Under the pieces are notes generated by a model. The model made no database searches, was not told the DNA's origin, and worked only from the letters and a program-made list of their open reading frames with translations. The translations under genes were made by a program, and so were the position numbers. A stretch of 64,000 nt of DNA from Bacillota bacterium. Lineage in GTDB: Bacteria; Bacillota; UBA4882; UBA10575. Shown here piece after piece: positions 18,353 through 27,814 of this stretch. The stretch spans positions 88 to 64,087 of the forward strand of contig DUNX01000094.1 in NCBI GenBank assembly GCA_012839115.1, in the 5' to 3' direction. The stretch's first letter is position 1. The number at the start of each line of letters is the position of its first letter.

Positions 18353-19267
18353 ATGTTAAAAGACCTTTTCAAGCCGAAACCCAAATATGTAACGATTAAG
18401 CGGCCGGAGGAGAGGGGGATCCAGCCCGGGCAACCGGAAAAGAAGGAACTCCCTGACGGGCTGTGGGTTAAATGTAATAATTGCCGGCAGATTATTTACC
18501 ATAAAGATTTGGAAAGCAACTTAAAGGTCTGCCCGAAATGCAACTATCATTTCCGGCTGCGGGCCGGAGAACGCATTGCCTATCTTTTTGACGCCGACAG
18601 CATTCAGGAGTACGATTCCGGTCTCATCTCAAAGAACCCATTGGAGTTTCCTGATTATGAAGAAAAAATTGAAAAAGCCCGGAAAAGAACAGGATTGAAT
18701 GAGGGTGTGGTTACCGGCGTCGCAACGGTCCAGAATATACCTTGCGTTTTTTCTGTGATGGATTTCGGCTTTATGGGTGGTTCCATGGGTTCGGTAGTAG
18801 GGGAGAAAATTAGCAGGGCTTTTGAATATGCGGTTGAACACAACCTGCCGGTAATAAGCGTCACCGCCGGCGGCGGGGGCGCGCGCATGCAGGAAGGTAT
18901 TATTTCCCTGATGCAGATGGCCAAGACGTGCCAGGCCTTAAACCGCCTGCATGAGAAGAAGATCTTTTATCTGTCCATCCTGACCGACCCGACGATGGGC
19001 GGGGTATTTGCCAGTTTTGCCTCTCTCGGTGATGTTGTTATTGCCGAACCCGGGGCCTTGATTGGCTTTGCCGGTCCCCGGGTCATCGAGCAGACGATCA
19101 GGCAAACGCTGCCGGCGGGGTTCCAGAGATCCGAGTTTCTCCTGGAACACGGGATCATCGATCTGATTGTTGAGCGGAAAAACCTCCGGGAAACCGTAGC
19201 CCGCCTCTTACGTTTCCACCAAACAGAAGAGGTGAGAGAGGTGAGTGAGGTGAGCAAGGATGAGTAA
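18353..19267 (+). CDS. accD: Acetyl-CoA carboxylase carboxyltransferase beta subunit
   Basis: N-terminus [12 protein letters not shown] matches the usual AccD start. Zn ribbon CNNC...CPKC. GGSMG motif. The track ORF begins 12 nt earlier at a GTG. Confidence 0.92.
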   Translation: MLKDLFKPKPKYVTIKRPEERGIQPGQPEKKELPDGLWVKCNNCRQIIYHKDLESNLKVCPKCNYHFRLRAGERIAYLFDADSIQEYDSGLISKNPLEFPDYEEKIEKARKRTGLNEGVVTGVATVQNIPCVFSVMDFGFMGGSMGSVVGEKISRAFEYAVEHNLPVISVTAGGGGARMQEGIISLMQMAKTCQALNRLHEKKIFYLSILTDPTMGGVFASFASLGDVVIAEPGALIGFAGPRVIEQTIRQTLPAGFQRSEFLLEHGIIDLIVERKNLRETVARLLRFHQTEEVREVSEVSKDE

Positions 19268-20243
19268 TGGCAACAGCTATAACATGGAATTTGAAAAACC
19301 GCTGCGGGAATTGGAGAGGCAGATAAAGGAGATCGAGCTTTTCGCCAAAGAAAAAGAGATTGACATGAGCGAAGAGATCGCGCGCCTGCAAGATAAAGAA
19401 GAAGCTTTAAAGAAAAAGATCTACAGTGAACTGACCCGCTGGCAGAAGGTGCAGATTGCCCGTCATCCCAAACGCCCTACCTTCCTGGAGTTTGTTGAGA
19501 TGATCTTCAGCGGTTTTCTGGAATTACACGGCGACCGGTTGTTCCGGGACGACCCGGCGATGATCGGCGGTATTGCCTATTTAAATGATATCCCCATTAC
19601 CGTGGTGGGGCAGCAGAAAGGGCGCGATACCAAGGAAAACATCTACAGGAATTTTGGGATGCCCCATCCGGAGGGCTACCGGAAAGCCCTGCGCCTAATG
19701 AAACAGGCGGCTAAATTTAAGCGGCCGGTAATCACCCTTATCGATGTGGTAGGGGCTTATCCGGGGATCGAAGCGGAAGAAAGAGGACAGGGAGAAGCAG
19801 TGGCCCGTTCGATCATGGAGATGGCGGCCCTGGAGACCCCGATTATTGCCGTTATTACCGGCGAAGGCGGGAGCGGCGGCGCTTTGGGGATCGGGGTGGG
19901 CGACCGCATTCTCATGTTGGAGCATGCTTATTATTCCGTGATTTCTCCCGAGGGTTGCGCTTCGATTCTCTGGAAAAATGCGGCGGAGGCGCCACAGGCT
20001 GTGGAGGCCCTGCGGGTAACAGCGAAAGACCTATTGCAACTACAGGTGATTGATGAGATAATTCCGGAGCCGTTGGGCGGTGCGCACCACGATCCGGAAA
20101 AAACCGCCAAGACCATTAGAGAAGCTCTGATCCGTCATTTAGCGCCGTTATTGGAATACCCGGCCGGACAGCTGCTGGCGGAGCGGTATGAGAAGTACCG
20201 GAAGATTGGAGTTTTTGAGGAAATAGAGCAGACAGAAGAGTAG
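19260..20243 (+). CDS. accA: Acetyl-CoA carboxylase carboxyltransferase alpha subunit
   Basis: [17 protein letters not shown] start region, IARHPKRP and [10 protein letters not shown] motifs. Overlaps the accD stop. Confidence 0.92.
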   Translation: MSNGNSYNMEFEKPLRELERQIKEIELFAKEKEIDMSEEIARLQDKEEALKKKIYSELTRWQKVQIARHPKRPTFLEFVEMIFSGFLELHGDRLFRDDPAMIGGIAYLNDIPITVVGQQKGRDTKENIYRNFGMPHPEGYRKALRLMKQAAKFKRPVITLIDVVGAYPGIEAEERGQGEAVARSIMEMAALETPIIAVITGEGGSGGALGIGVGDRILMLEHAYYSVISPEGCASILWKNAAEAPQAVEALRVTAKDLLQLQVIDEIIPEPLGGAHHDPEKTAKTIREALIRHLAPLLEYPAGQLLAERYEKYRKIGVFEEIEQTEE

Positions 20244-20284
20244 CACGCGTGTGTCAAGTTTCAAAGAGGCTAAGGGGGAAGCAG

Positions 20285-21283
20285 ATGAAAAGGATTGCTG
20301 TTATTACCAGCGGTGGGGATGCACCGGGAATGAACGCAGCCATCAGGGCGGTGACCTTAAAAGGGCTGAATGCGGGCTGCCAGGTTTTTGGGGTGAAAAA
20401 AGGCTATCAAGGGCTGATCACCGGCGAAATTGTGGAACTGAATTCATATGCCGTTTCCCAGATTTTGCACAGGGGCGGGACGATCCTCTTTTCCACTAGA
20501 TGTCCGGAGTTTAAAGAAGAACAAGGGATGAAAAAAGCGAAGGAGCATTTGGAACGGTTAGGTATTGAAGGTCTGATCGTGATCGGCGGCGACGGTTCTT
20601 TCCGGGGCGCCATGGACCTGAGCAAAATGGGGTTTGCGGTGATCGGTATCCCGGCAACCATCGATAATGACATAGGCGGAACAGAACTCTCTTTAGGTTT
20701 TGATACCGCAGTCAATACGGCATTGGATGCCATTAACAAGATTAGGGATACCGCCATCTCCCACGAACGGGTCTATGTGGTCGAAGTTATGGGACGCAAC
20801 GCCGGGTTCATTGCCCTCTACGCCGGTCTTGCCGGGGCGGCGGACGCCATCCTCATCCCTGAGGTAGAACCGGACCTGGACGAGGTGGTCTTCAGGGTGA
20901 AAAACGCCACGGCCAAAGGACGGGGCCATTCTATTGTCGTGGTTGCCGAGGGGCTTTTCGGCAACCCCATGAGCGGGCGGACCACTGCGGAAAGCAGCGC
21001 TTTTAAAGTCGGCAACTATGTCATGGAAAAGACGGGGAAAGACACAAGAATCACCATTCTCGGCCACTTGCAGCGGGGCGGCTCGCCGTCGGCGACCGAC
21101 CGGATTTTAGGGACCAGGTTCGGAGCCAAAGCCATGGAACAGCTCTTGAGCGGCGCCACCGAGCAGATGTTGGGGTGGAATAAGAATGAGGTTACGATCG
21201 GGCCGCTGCGTGACGGGATTACCAAACGAAACCAGTTGGATCTTACGCTCTTGTCCTTAGCCGACCTTTTGGCTGTAACCTAA
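20285..21283 (+). CDS. pfkA: ATP-dependent 6-phosphofructokinase
   Basis: MKRIAVITSGGDAPGMNAAIR, GGDGS, PATIDND and MGR motifs. The ATG at 20285 lies within the longer track ORF. Confidence 0.93.
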   Translation: MKRIAVITSGGDAPGMNAAIRAVTLKGLNAGCQVFGVKKGYQGLITGEIVELNSYAVSQILHRGGTILFSTRCPEFKEEQGMKKAKEHLERLGIEGLIVIGGDGSFRGAMDLSKMGFAVIGIPATIDNDIGGTELSLGFDTAVNTALDAINKIRDTAISHERVYVVEVMGRNAGFIALYAGLAGAADAILIPEVEPDLDEVVFRVKNATAKGRGHSIVVVAEGLFGNPMSGRTTAESSAFKVGNYVMEKTGKDTRITILGHLQRGGSPSATDRILGTRFGAKAMEQLLSGATEQMLGWNKNEVTIGPLRDGITKRNQLDLTLLSLADLLAVT

Positions 21284-21341
21284 AGGCAGAAGCCATTTGG
21301 AGGATTGGCCGTTTGGAGGATTAATAAAGAGGCGGTTGTAT

Positions 21342-22844
21342 ATGAAAAGAACGAAAATTGTTTGTACCTTGGGCCCGGTTTCGACCAAGCCCAAGACGAT
21401 AAGAGAGATGATCCAGGCAGGGATGGATGTGGCTCGGATCAACCTGTCCCACGGCACCCATGAAGAGCATAAAGAACGGATTAGGCTTGTCCGGAGTATT
21501 GCCGGGGAAATGCAGAAGGAGATCGGGATCCTCGCCGATTTGCAGGGGCCAAAGATCCGTACGGGTAAATTACCGGAACCCATGGATTTAAAAGAAGGAA
21601 TGAGGCTCTGCCTGCGCTGGGCGGGGGTGGGGGCGCCGCCACCGGCAGGGGTTCCGGTGATCACTGTGGATTATCCCCACCTGGCCGCTGATCTAGAGAC
21701 GGGAAGCATGATTTACCTGCGCGACGGTCTGCTTCACCTCCGGGTGGAGAAAATCCTGGCGGAAGATGTTTACTGCCGTGTGATTAAAGGCGGTGAGCTT
21801 TGCTCCAGGCAAGGGGTGGCGCTTCCCGGTGTTTCGCTGAGCCTGCCGGCGGTAACTGAGAAAGACCTGGTTGACCTAGACTTCTTGATGAAAGAAGGGG
21901 TGGATTTTATCGCCCTCTCTTTTGTCCGGCGCGCGGAACACATTGACGAGGTGCGCCGGATTATTGCCGGTATAAAAGAGGAAAACCCGGAGGCCTGTAC
22001 CGGCGGCCCTTGCCTGATTGCCAAGATCGAGAATGAAGAGGGTTTTAAGAAACGGGGCGAGATTCTGGCGGCCGCCGACGGTATCATGGTGGCCCGGGGC
22101 GATTTGGGGGTGGAAGTTCCCCCGGAAGAGGTTCCCCTCCTGCAAGAATCCTTGATTGAGCTGGCAAACCGGCTTGGAAAACCGGTCATCACCGCCACCG
22201 AGATGCTGGAATCGATGGTGAGCAACCCCCGTCCCACCAGGGCGGAGGTTACCGATATCGCCCATGCCATCATCAGCGGGACCGACGCGGTGATGCTCTC
22301 CGCAGAGACAGCGGTCGGCCGTTATCCGGTTCAAGCCGTGGAGATGATGGCCAGGGTTGCCCGGCGGATTGAAAGCTCCCTCAACTACGCGGAGGATCTT
22401 GAACGGCGGCAAAAGAACCGGGGGAAGAAACGCCTGGGGGTGGCGGAAGCAATCAGCCACGCCACTTGCCAGATCGCTCTTGACCTGGGGGCACAGGCAA
22501 TTATTACCGCAACGCAGTCGGGTGGTACGGCCCGGATGGTCTCGATGTACCGGCCCCGGGCGCCGATCCTTGCCGCCACGCCCAACCTGGATGTGGCCAG
22601 GGTCCTCTCGCTTTCCTGGGGAGTAACCGCCATCTTGGTTCCTGTGACCACCACCACCGAAACCACCCTGGATGTGAGTGTGCGAGCGGCTGTTGCGCGC
22701 CGGTTCGTGAAAAAGGGTGATCTGGTGGTGATTACCGGCGGCTTGCGGACAGGGATCCCCGGTACCACCAACCTTCTCCAAGTGCACGAGATTGAGGCGG
22801 ACGCCTGCGATGCCGTGCCGATGGAAGAACCGGCAGGGGAGTAA
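21342..22844 (+). CDS. pyk: Pyruvate kinase
   Basis: MKRTKIVCTLGP, ARINLSHG, IAKIENEEG and MVARGDLGVE motifs. pfkA-pyk adjacency as in many Firmicutes. Confidence 0.93.
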   Translation: MKRTKIVCTLGPVSTKPKTIREMIQAGMDVARINLSHGTHEEHKERIRLVRSIAGEMQKEIGILADLQGPKIRTGKLPEPMDLKEGMRLCLRWAGVGAPPPAGVPVITVDYPHLAADLETGSMIYLRDGLLHLRVEKILAEDVYCRVIKGGELCSRQGVALPGVSLSLPAVTEKDLVDLDFLMKEGVDFIALSFVRRAEHIDEVRRIIAGIKEENPEACTGGPCLIAKIENEEGFKKRGEILAAADGIMVARGDLGVEVPPEEVPLLQESLIELANRLGKPVITATEMLESMVSNPRPTRAEVTDIAHAIISGTDAVMLSAETAVGRYPVQAVEMMARVARRIESSLNYAEDLERRQKNRGKKRLGVAEAISHATCQIALDLGAQAIITATQSGGTARMVSMYRPRAPILAATPNLDVARVLSLSWGVTAILVPVTTTTETTLDVSVRAAVARRFVKKGDLVVITGGLRTGIPGTTNLLQVHEIEADACDAVPMEEPAGE

Positions 22845-22864
22845 TTCTCCGGATAACATTGCAC

Positions 22865-22965
22865 GAAGGCGTTACACAAATGCACTATATGAATGGATTA
22901 CGCGAAGGCCCATGCGCACCGGGGGGCCTGCGAAAACGTGCCCGCGCAAGGCGTGCGAAGGATCC
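22865..22965. repeat. GCGAAGG-type word cluster in the pyk / radical-SAM spacer
   Basis: GCACGAAGGCG, TACGCGAAGGCC, CTGCGAAAACG, CGCGCAAGGCG and TGCGAAGGATCC read in series. Confidence 0.5.
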
Positions 22966-22977
22966 GGAAGGTGAAAA

Positions 22978-24543
22978 ATGCGGAAGATAAAACCCTTATT
23001 AATCGGGCTTTATGACTATAACCACCTGGGACTCAGGTACCTCTCTTCCCGCCTGAAAAGCGGCGGGTATGAGCCGGTATTGTTTTTTGTCAAGGGTTTT
23101 GCCAGTCACAAGACAAGGGAACCCTCGCCCGGTGAATACCGGCTCCTGGCCGCGAAAGCGCGGGAGTTGGCCCCGGATTTTATCGGTCTCAGTGTCATGT
23201 CCTCCTTATATCTCCAGGTAGCCATTGACCTCACACGGATCTTGCGGGAGGCCACCGGCGTGCCGGTGCTTTGGGGGGGTGTCCACCCCACTCTTTTTCC
23301 TGAAGAGAGCCTGAAACATGCGGATTTTGTCCTCAGGGGCGAAGGCGAAGACGCGCTTTTAGAGTTCTGCGCTCACCTTCCCACCGGCCGGGACTGGGGG
23401 CAGGTGCGAAACCTCTGTTACTGGGAGGAAGGAACGGGCGAAACACGGATTAATCCTCTCCGCCCGTTGCGTCAGGACCTGGACGGGCTTCCCTTTCCGG
23501 ATCTGGGACCGGGGAACAAGTATTACCTGGCCGGCAACCAACTGCCGGCCGGGGAACCGTTGGCCGGGAGGTACTGTTATGAACTGATCGGCTCCCGCGG
23601 TTGCCCTTACCAATGTTCTTTCTGTTGCAACGCCAGCCTTCGCGACCTTTACCGGGGAAAAGGAAGATACCTTCGCTTGCGCAGTGTCGAAAATGTAATC
23701 GCCGAGATTAAATGGGCCCGGGAAAACCTGCCCCGGTTGCGTTTCCTCCGTTTCTGGGACGAGATTTTCCCGGCAAAGAAAGAATGGGTGGAGGAGTTTG
23801 CCTGCAGATACCGGGAAGAAGTGGGGTTGCCTTTCGAGATCTGGGGCCACCCCAACCATCTCCGGGCGGAGAATATAAAAGAACTGGTGGCGGCGGGTTT
23901 GGAAAAGATCGTCATCGGGATTCAAAGCGGCTCCCCGCGGGTACGGCGGGAAATCTATAACCGCCGGGAGACTCAGGAACAGATTCTGGCCGGCGGGGAG
24001 GTCCTGGCTGCTGCCGGGGTACCGGTGGTGGTCTACGACCTTATCCTTGACCACCCCTTTGAAACCGCCGGCGATCTCCAGGAGACCTTGGAACTCTGCT
24101 TAAAGATACCCAAACCCTTCCGCCTGCAACTCCACGGCTTAAGCCTGCTGCCGGGAACCGCCGTCCGGCGGCTGGCAGAGGAAAAGGGGGCCAAGACCTG
24201 TGCGGAGATTGAGGCGGAATTCCGGCGTCCCTTGACCGAGCAATACCGGAGTATCCATTGGTGGCGCCGGGGAAGGGGAACCCGTGCCCAACCTTGGAAA
24301 ACCTACTGGTATTCTTTGATTTATCTTTCCCAGTTCCGGTTGGGAGAGAGAATTATCAGGTGGGCGCGGAAAGGAGAAGAAAAACCCCGGAAAAAGCTCA
24401 GGGTTCTTTTGGGGTTGCAACGCCTCTTCAATTGTTATCTCCTCTGGAAACTGGGGACCGAAAGGCTGAAGCTGATCGCCGGCGGGAAAAACCCGCGGGT
24501 ACAAACTCAGCTTAATACCTCCCAAATCCCCGGGTCTTCGTAA
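22978..24543 (+). CDS. B12-binding-domain radical SAM protein, function unknown
   Basis: 521 aa. N-terminal cobalamin-binding-like domain followed by the radical SAM cluster motif CPYQCSFC. RBS GGAAGGTG. Confidence 0.85.
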   Translation: MRKIKPLLIGLYDYNHLGLRYLSSRLKSGGYEPVLFFVKGFASHKTREPSPGEYRLLAAKARELAPDFIGLSVMSSLYLQVAIDLTRILREATGVPVLWGGVHPTLFPEESLKHADFVLRGEGEDALLEFCAHLPTGRDWGQVRNLCYWEEGTGETRINPLRPLRQDLDGLPFPDLGPGNKYYLAGNQLPAGEPLAGRYCYELIGSRGCPYQCSFCCNASLRDLYRGKGRYLRLRSVENVIAEIKWARENLPRLRFLRFWDEIFPAKKEWVEEFACRYREEVGLPFEIWGHPNHLRAENIKELVAAGLEKIVIGIQSGSPRVRREIYNRRETQEQILAGGEVLAAAGVPVVVYDLILDHPFETAGDLQETLELCLKIPKPFRLQLHGLSLLPGTAVRRLAEEKGAKTCAEIEAEFRRPLTEQYRSIHWWRRGRGTRAQPWKTYWYSLIYLSQFRLGERIIRWARKGEEKPRKKLRVLLGLQRLFNCYLLWKLGTERLKLIAGGKNPRVQTQLNTSQIPGSS

Positions 24544-25781
24544 CCAAGACGCCAGACCGCCACACCGCGCAGGTTGTACTTATCGACCAGCCGCATTTTT
24601 GCGGCGGTGCTGTGCCGGTTTTCATACCAGACTTCATGCTTCGTCCCTCCGTCCGTATAGGTGAAAAAGGGTGTCTGGTAGCGGTCATGCCACTTGGGGG
24701 TGATCTGGTAGCGTTGGATCAATCCTTCGATCCCTGCGTAGTTAAGGGCCCGTCCGGAACGGTTGTTCCAGGAATAACCATAGGCGGGTACTCCCATAAG
24801 GAGACGGTCGGGGGAAAAGTGCTGGAGAGAGTAGGCGATGGTCCTCTCCACCCACTCAAAAGAAGCGACCGGCCCGGGAGAGCTGTTGGCCTGGTGCTGG
24901 TCATAAGTCATAATTACCGCCCAATCCAGGTAGGGGGCAAGCGCGGAAAAATCGAACGCCCCCGCCCAGGAGGAATTCTCGGTTGCCGCTGTTTTGGCGG
25001 GCAGAGCGGCGGTAACCAGGAAATTATGAGGGCGCAGGGCGGTTGCCAGTTCCCGGAAGAAGGCCGTAAGATAGAGGCGGTCCCGGGCAGGCACCCCTTC
25101 GAAGTCGATATTGACGCCGCTGTAACCATTCGTCTTGAGCAGGTTTAAAATACCGGTGATCGCCTTTTGCCGGGCGCTTTTACTTCTCAGCATGCCACTG
25201 ATCACATCCCGGCTGAAGTTCGTCCCCTGAATGTTGGTGACCACAGCCAGGGCTTTCAGGCCGTTGGCTTGTGCCGTCTTGAGAAGGTCTGCACCGGTCT
25301 GGCCGTGGATATTCCCTTCCCGGTCAATCCGGTAAGAAAAGGGAGCGACGGTGGTAATGACCCCGAGATTGCCGGTAAGCGACCGCATGGCCCGGGGATC
25401 ACCGCGATAACTTTCGGCGTAGTAACCCATGACTTCACGGCTGTTATTCCCTTGACCGTCAGGCTGCAGCGCCCATTTCCTCACCCAGCCGGTTTGCCCG
25501 TCACCGGTAACCTGGTACCAGCCGTCTTTTTCTTGACGGATGGTAAGGGAGTTTCCTTCGGAGAGAACAGCCAGAACCGCTGCGTCCACCGAAGGTTCTT
25601 CCCTCAGGCTTGTCTCTTTGGCCGTGACCACCGCCCGGCGGGGAAAAGCCTGTTGCCGGTTTTCCGTCGCCGGCGACGCCTGCGGGAATCCGGGTTGAAC
25701 AGCCTGCTCGCCGCCGCCAAAAAGTGCAGTGGAGAGATAGACAATTAACGCCAAAATGGTGGCGATGGCGCCTTCTCCCAT
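24507..25781 (-). CDS. Glycoside hydrolase family 18 protein with SH3b domain (YaaH/YdhD-like spore peptidoglycan hydrolase)
   Basis: 424 aa. N-terminal TM/signal, SH3b-like segment (GWYQV...GWVRKWAL), and GH18 catalytic motif GVNIDFEG. Its 3' end overlaps the convergent radical SAM gene by 37 bp. Confidence 0.8.
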   Translation of the reverse strand: MGEGAIATILALIVYLSTALFGGGEQAVQPGFPQASPATENRQQAFPRRAVVTAKETSLREEPSVDAAVLAVLSEGNSLTIRQEKDGWYQVTGDGQTGWVRKWALQPDGQGNNSREVMGYYAESYRGDPRAMRSLTGNLGVITTVAPFSYRIDREGNIHGQTGADLLKTAQANGLKALAVVTNIQGTNFSRDVISGMLRSKSARQKAITGILNLLKTNGYSGVNIDFEGVPARDRLYLTAFFRELATALRPHNFLVTAALPAKTAATENSSWAGAFDFSALAPYLDWAVIMTYDQHQANSSPGPVASFEWVERTIAYSLQHFSPDRLLMGVPAYGYSWNNRSGRALNYAGIEGLIQRYQITPKWHDRYQTPFFTYTDGGTKHEVWYENRHSTAAKMRLVDKYNLRGVAVWRLGYEDPGIWEVLS

Positions 25782-25836
25782 GTTGTCGCCCCTTTATTTA
25801 GAACTTGTGCCCTTGTGTTCTTGTCCTTGCAAATAG

Positions 25837-25880
25837 TTGACCAGTCGCCTTGAAACGGTCGACCAGTCGCCTTGGCTTTG
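25837..25880. repeat. 22-bp tandem duplication (T[TC]GACCAGTCGCCTTG x2) in a divergent promoter region
   Basis: Copies at 25837-25852 and 25859-25874. Preceded by CTTGT x3 at 25804-25830. Confidence 0.85.
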
Positions 25881-26109
25881 GATTTCTACAGGTGGCGGTC
25901 TTATCCTTTATGTACATATCTCCAGCTTAGAATAGTTTTGCTAGTTTTGCGCAGAATTTTTGCCAATAGTAAAAAAAAAGACGGGAGAAAAGAAGAACAG
26001 AAGAGGAATTTCCCTACCTGTCGCGAATTATCTCTATTTCGGGGAAAATAGTAGGGCAAGGGTGGTAAAACCAGTATTTAGAGAACAAGCAAACAGGGTG
26101 TGACAGAAT

Positions 26110-27357
26110 ATGTATCATCGCCAGATTCTTCCCAACGGCCTGCGGGTCGTCTGCGAGCAAGTCCCTCATGTCCGCTCGGTGGCCATTGGTTTTTGGGTGC
26201 TTTGCGGTTCCAGAAATGAAACCCGGCGGGAGCAAGGGATTACTCATCTCCTTGAGCATATGGCCTTTAAAGGGACGCGCAACCGCTCGGCCCGGGAGAT
26301 CGCCGGGGTCATCGATTCCGTCGGCGGGCATCTCAACGCTTATACAACCAAAGAGTATACCTGTTTTTACGTGAAGGTTTTGGACCGCCACTTCCAGTTG
26401 GGCATGGAACTCCTTTCCGATCTGATCCTCAATGCCCTGCTGGCGCCGGAGGAGTTGGAGAAGGAACGGAATGTCGTTCTTGAAGAGATAAAAGCCTATG
26501 AAGATTCCCCGGACGAACAGGTTTTTGACCTTCTTACCCAGACCATCCTGAACGGCCACCCCCTGGGCCATTCCATCCTGGGGACGCCGGAGACCATCCG
26601 CAGCCTGACCCGGGAGGATCTGCTGGCCTATAAAGAACGGTTCTACACCCCCGGTAATTCCTGTCTGGCCGTGGCCGGAAACATCGAACCGGAACAGGTA
26701 GTTGCCACGACCGGCAAGTACTGGGGCGAATTTCATGGGAAGGCCGCCGGGGAAAAGAAGTCCCTGGTAAAGATAAAAGGAGAAAATATTCTGAAAAGTA
26801 AAAAAACAGAACAGGTCCACCTTTGTGTAGGGACACCGGGGTTTCCCAGGGATCATGAGGACCGGTATATCCTGATGGTCCTCGATAATATCCTGGGCGG
26901 CAGTGTCTCTTCCCGGCTTTTCCAGGGGCTGCGGGAGGAAAGGGGCCTGGTTTATGCCACCGGCTCTCATTATGCGGCCTTTATGGATACCGGTCTCTTT
27001 ACGGTTTATGCCGGGACCAGCCTGGAGAATTTCTCCGAGGTGTTGAAGGTAATCCGGGGGGAATTTGCAGATCTGAAAAGCGGACTCCTTTCCGCTGAAG
27101 AAGTGCAACGGGCGAAGGAACAGATTAAGGGAAACTTCTGGCTCAGCATGGAGAATTCGGCCAACCGCATGAGCCGGCTGGCCAAGGCGGAGCTGTTTTA
27201 TAAAAAAATCATTACCCCGGAGGAAGTAGCGGCCAGGATTGACCAGGTAACCGCCGATGAGGTTCTGCGTGTGGCCCGGACCCTGTTTCAGGATGATCTC
27301 CTGACTCTGACAGCGATTGGCCCCTTCCCCCCGGATTATGTAGTCGAAAGGTGGTAG
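26110..27357 (+). CDS. M16-family zinc peptidase (YmxG/MlpA-like)
   Basis: 415 aa. Inverted zincin motif HLLEHMAFKGT near the N-terminus. Confidence 0.88.
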   Translation: MYHRQILPNGLRVVCEQVPHVRSVAIGFWVLCGSRNETRREQGITHLLEHMAFKGTRNRSAREIAGVIDSVGGHLNAYTTKEYTCFYVKVLDRHFQLGMELLSDLILNALLAPEELEKERNVVLEEIKAYEDSPDEQVFDLLTQTILNGHPLGHSILGTPETIRSLTREDLLAYKERFYTPGNSCLAVAGNIEPEQVVATTGKYWGEFHGKAAGEKKSLVKIKGENILKSKKTEQVHLCVGTPGFPRDHEDRYILMVLDNILGGSVSSRLFQGLREERGLVYATGSHYAAFMDTGLFTVYAGTSLENFSEVLKVIRGEFADLKSGLLSAEEVQRAKEQIKGNFWLSMENSANRMSRLAKAELFYKKIITPEEVAARIDQVTADEVLRVARTLFQDDLLTLTAIGPFPPDYVVERW

Positions 27358-27360
27358 ACG

Positions 27361-27813
27361 ATGGAAAAAGTTAAGATCCCCCTCCGCCGGTTGCCGCATG
27401 CCGCCGGGCTACCGTTACCGCAGTATATGACCGCCGGCGCGGTAGGGATGGACCTGCTGGCAGCGGTGGAAGGAGAGGTGACCATTCCGCCCGGGAGCTT
27501 CCTTCCCATCCCTACCGGCCTGCAGATGGCTTTGCCTGAAGGCTTTGAGGGGCAAATCAGGCCCAGGAGCGGCCTGGCCGCCCGTTTTGGTGTGACTGTA
27601 CTTAATGCCCCGGGGACCATAGACAGTGATTACCGTGGCGAGGTCCAGGTTCTCTTGATCAACCATGGGCCTGCGGATTTTTTGGTCCGCCGCGGCGACC
27701 GGATTGCCCAGTTGGTCGTGGCCGGGGTGGTCCAGGGAGAATGGCAGGAGGGTACCGGGGATTTGGCAGAGACCACCCGCGGGGAAGGCGGTTTTGGCCA
27801 TACCGGTGTTTAG
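27361..27813 (+). CDS. dut: dUTP diphosphatase
   Basis: 150 aa. AGVDL-like [17 protein letters not shown] and [10 protein letters not shown] motifs. Confidence 0.92.
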   Translation: MEKVKIPLRRLPHAAGLPLPQYMTAGAVGMDLLAAVEGEVTIPPGSFLPIPTGLQMALPEGFEGQIRPRSGLAARFGVTVLNAPGTIDSDYRGEVQVLLINHGPADFLVRRGDRIAQLVVAGVVQGEWQEGTGDLAETTRGEGGFGHTGV

Positions 27814-27814
27814 G

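Noticed and set aside
21876-22859. 327-aa minus-strand ORF opposite pyk
   Set aside because: Shadow of pyruvate kinase.
26014-27399. 461-aa minus-strand ORF opposite the M16 peptidase gene
   Set aside because: The + strand product has the HxxEH zincin motif and normal composition. The minus ORF is low-complexity shadow.
27665-27814. Longer start for the DUF512 gene (track ORF from 27665)
   Set aside because: It would overlap 150 nt of dut in another frame. The ATG at 27815, right after the dut stop, gives a sensible PDZ N-terminus.
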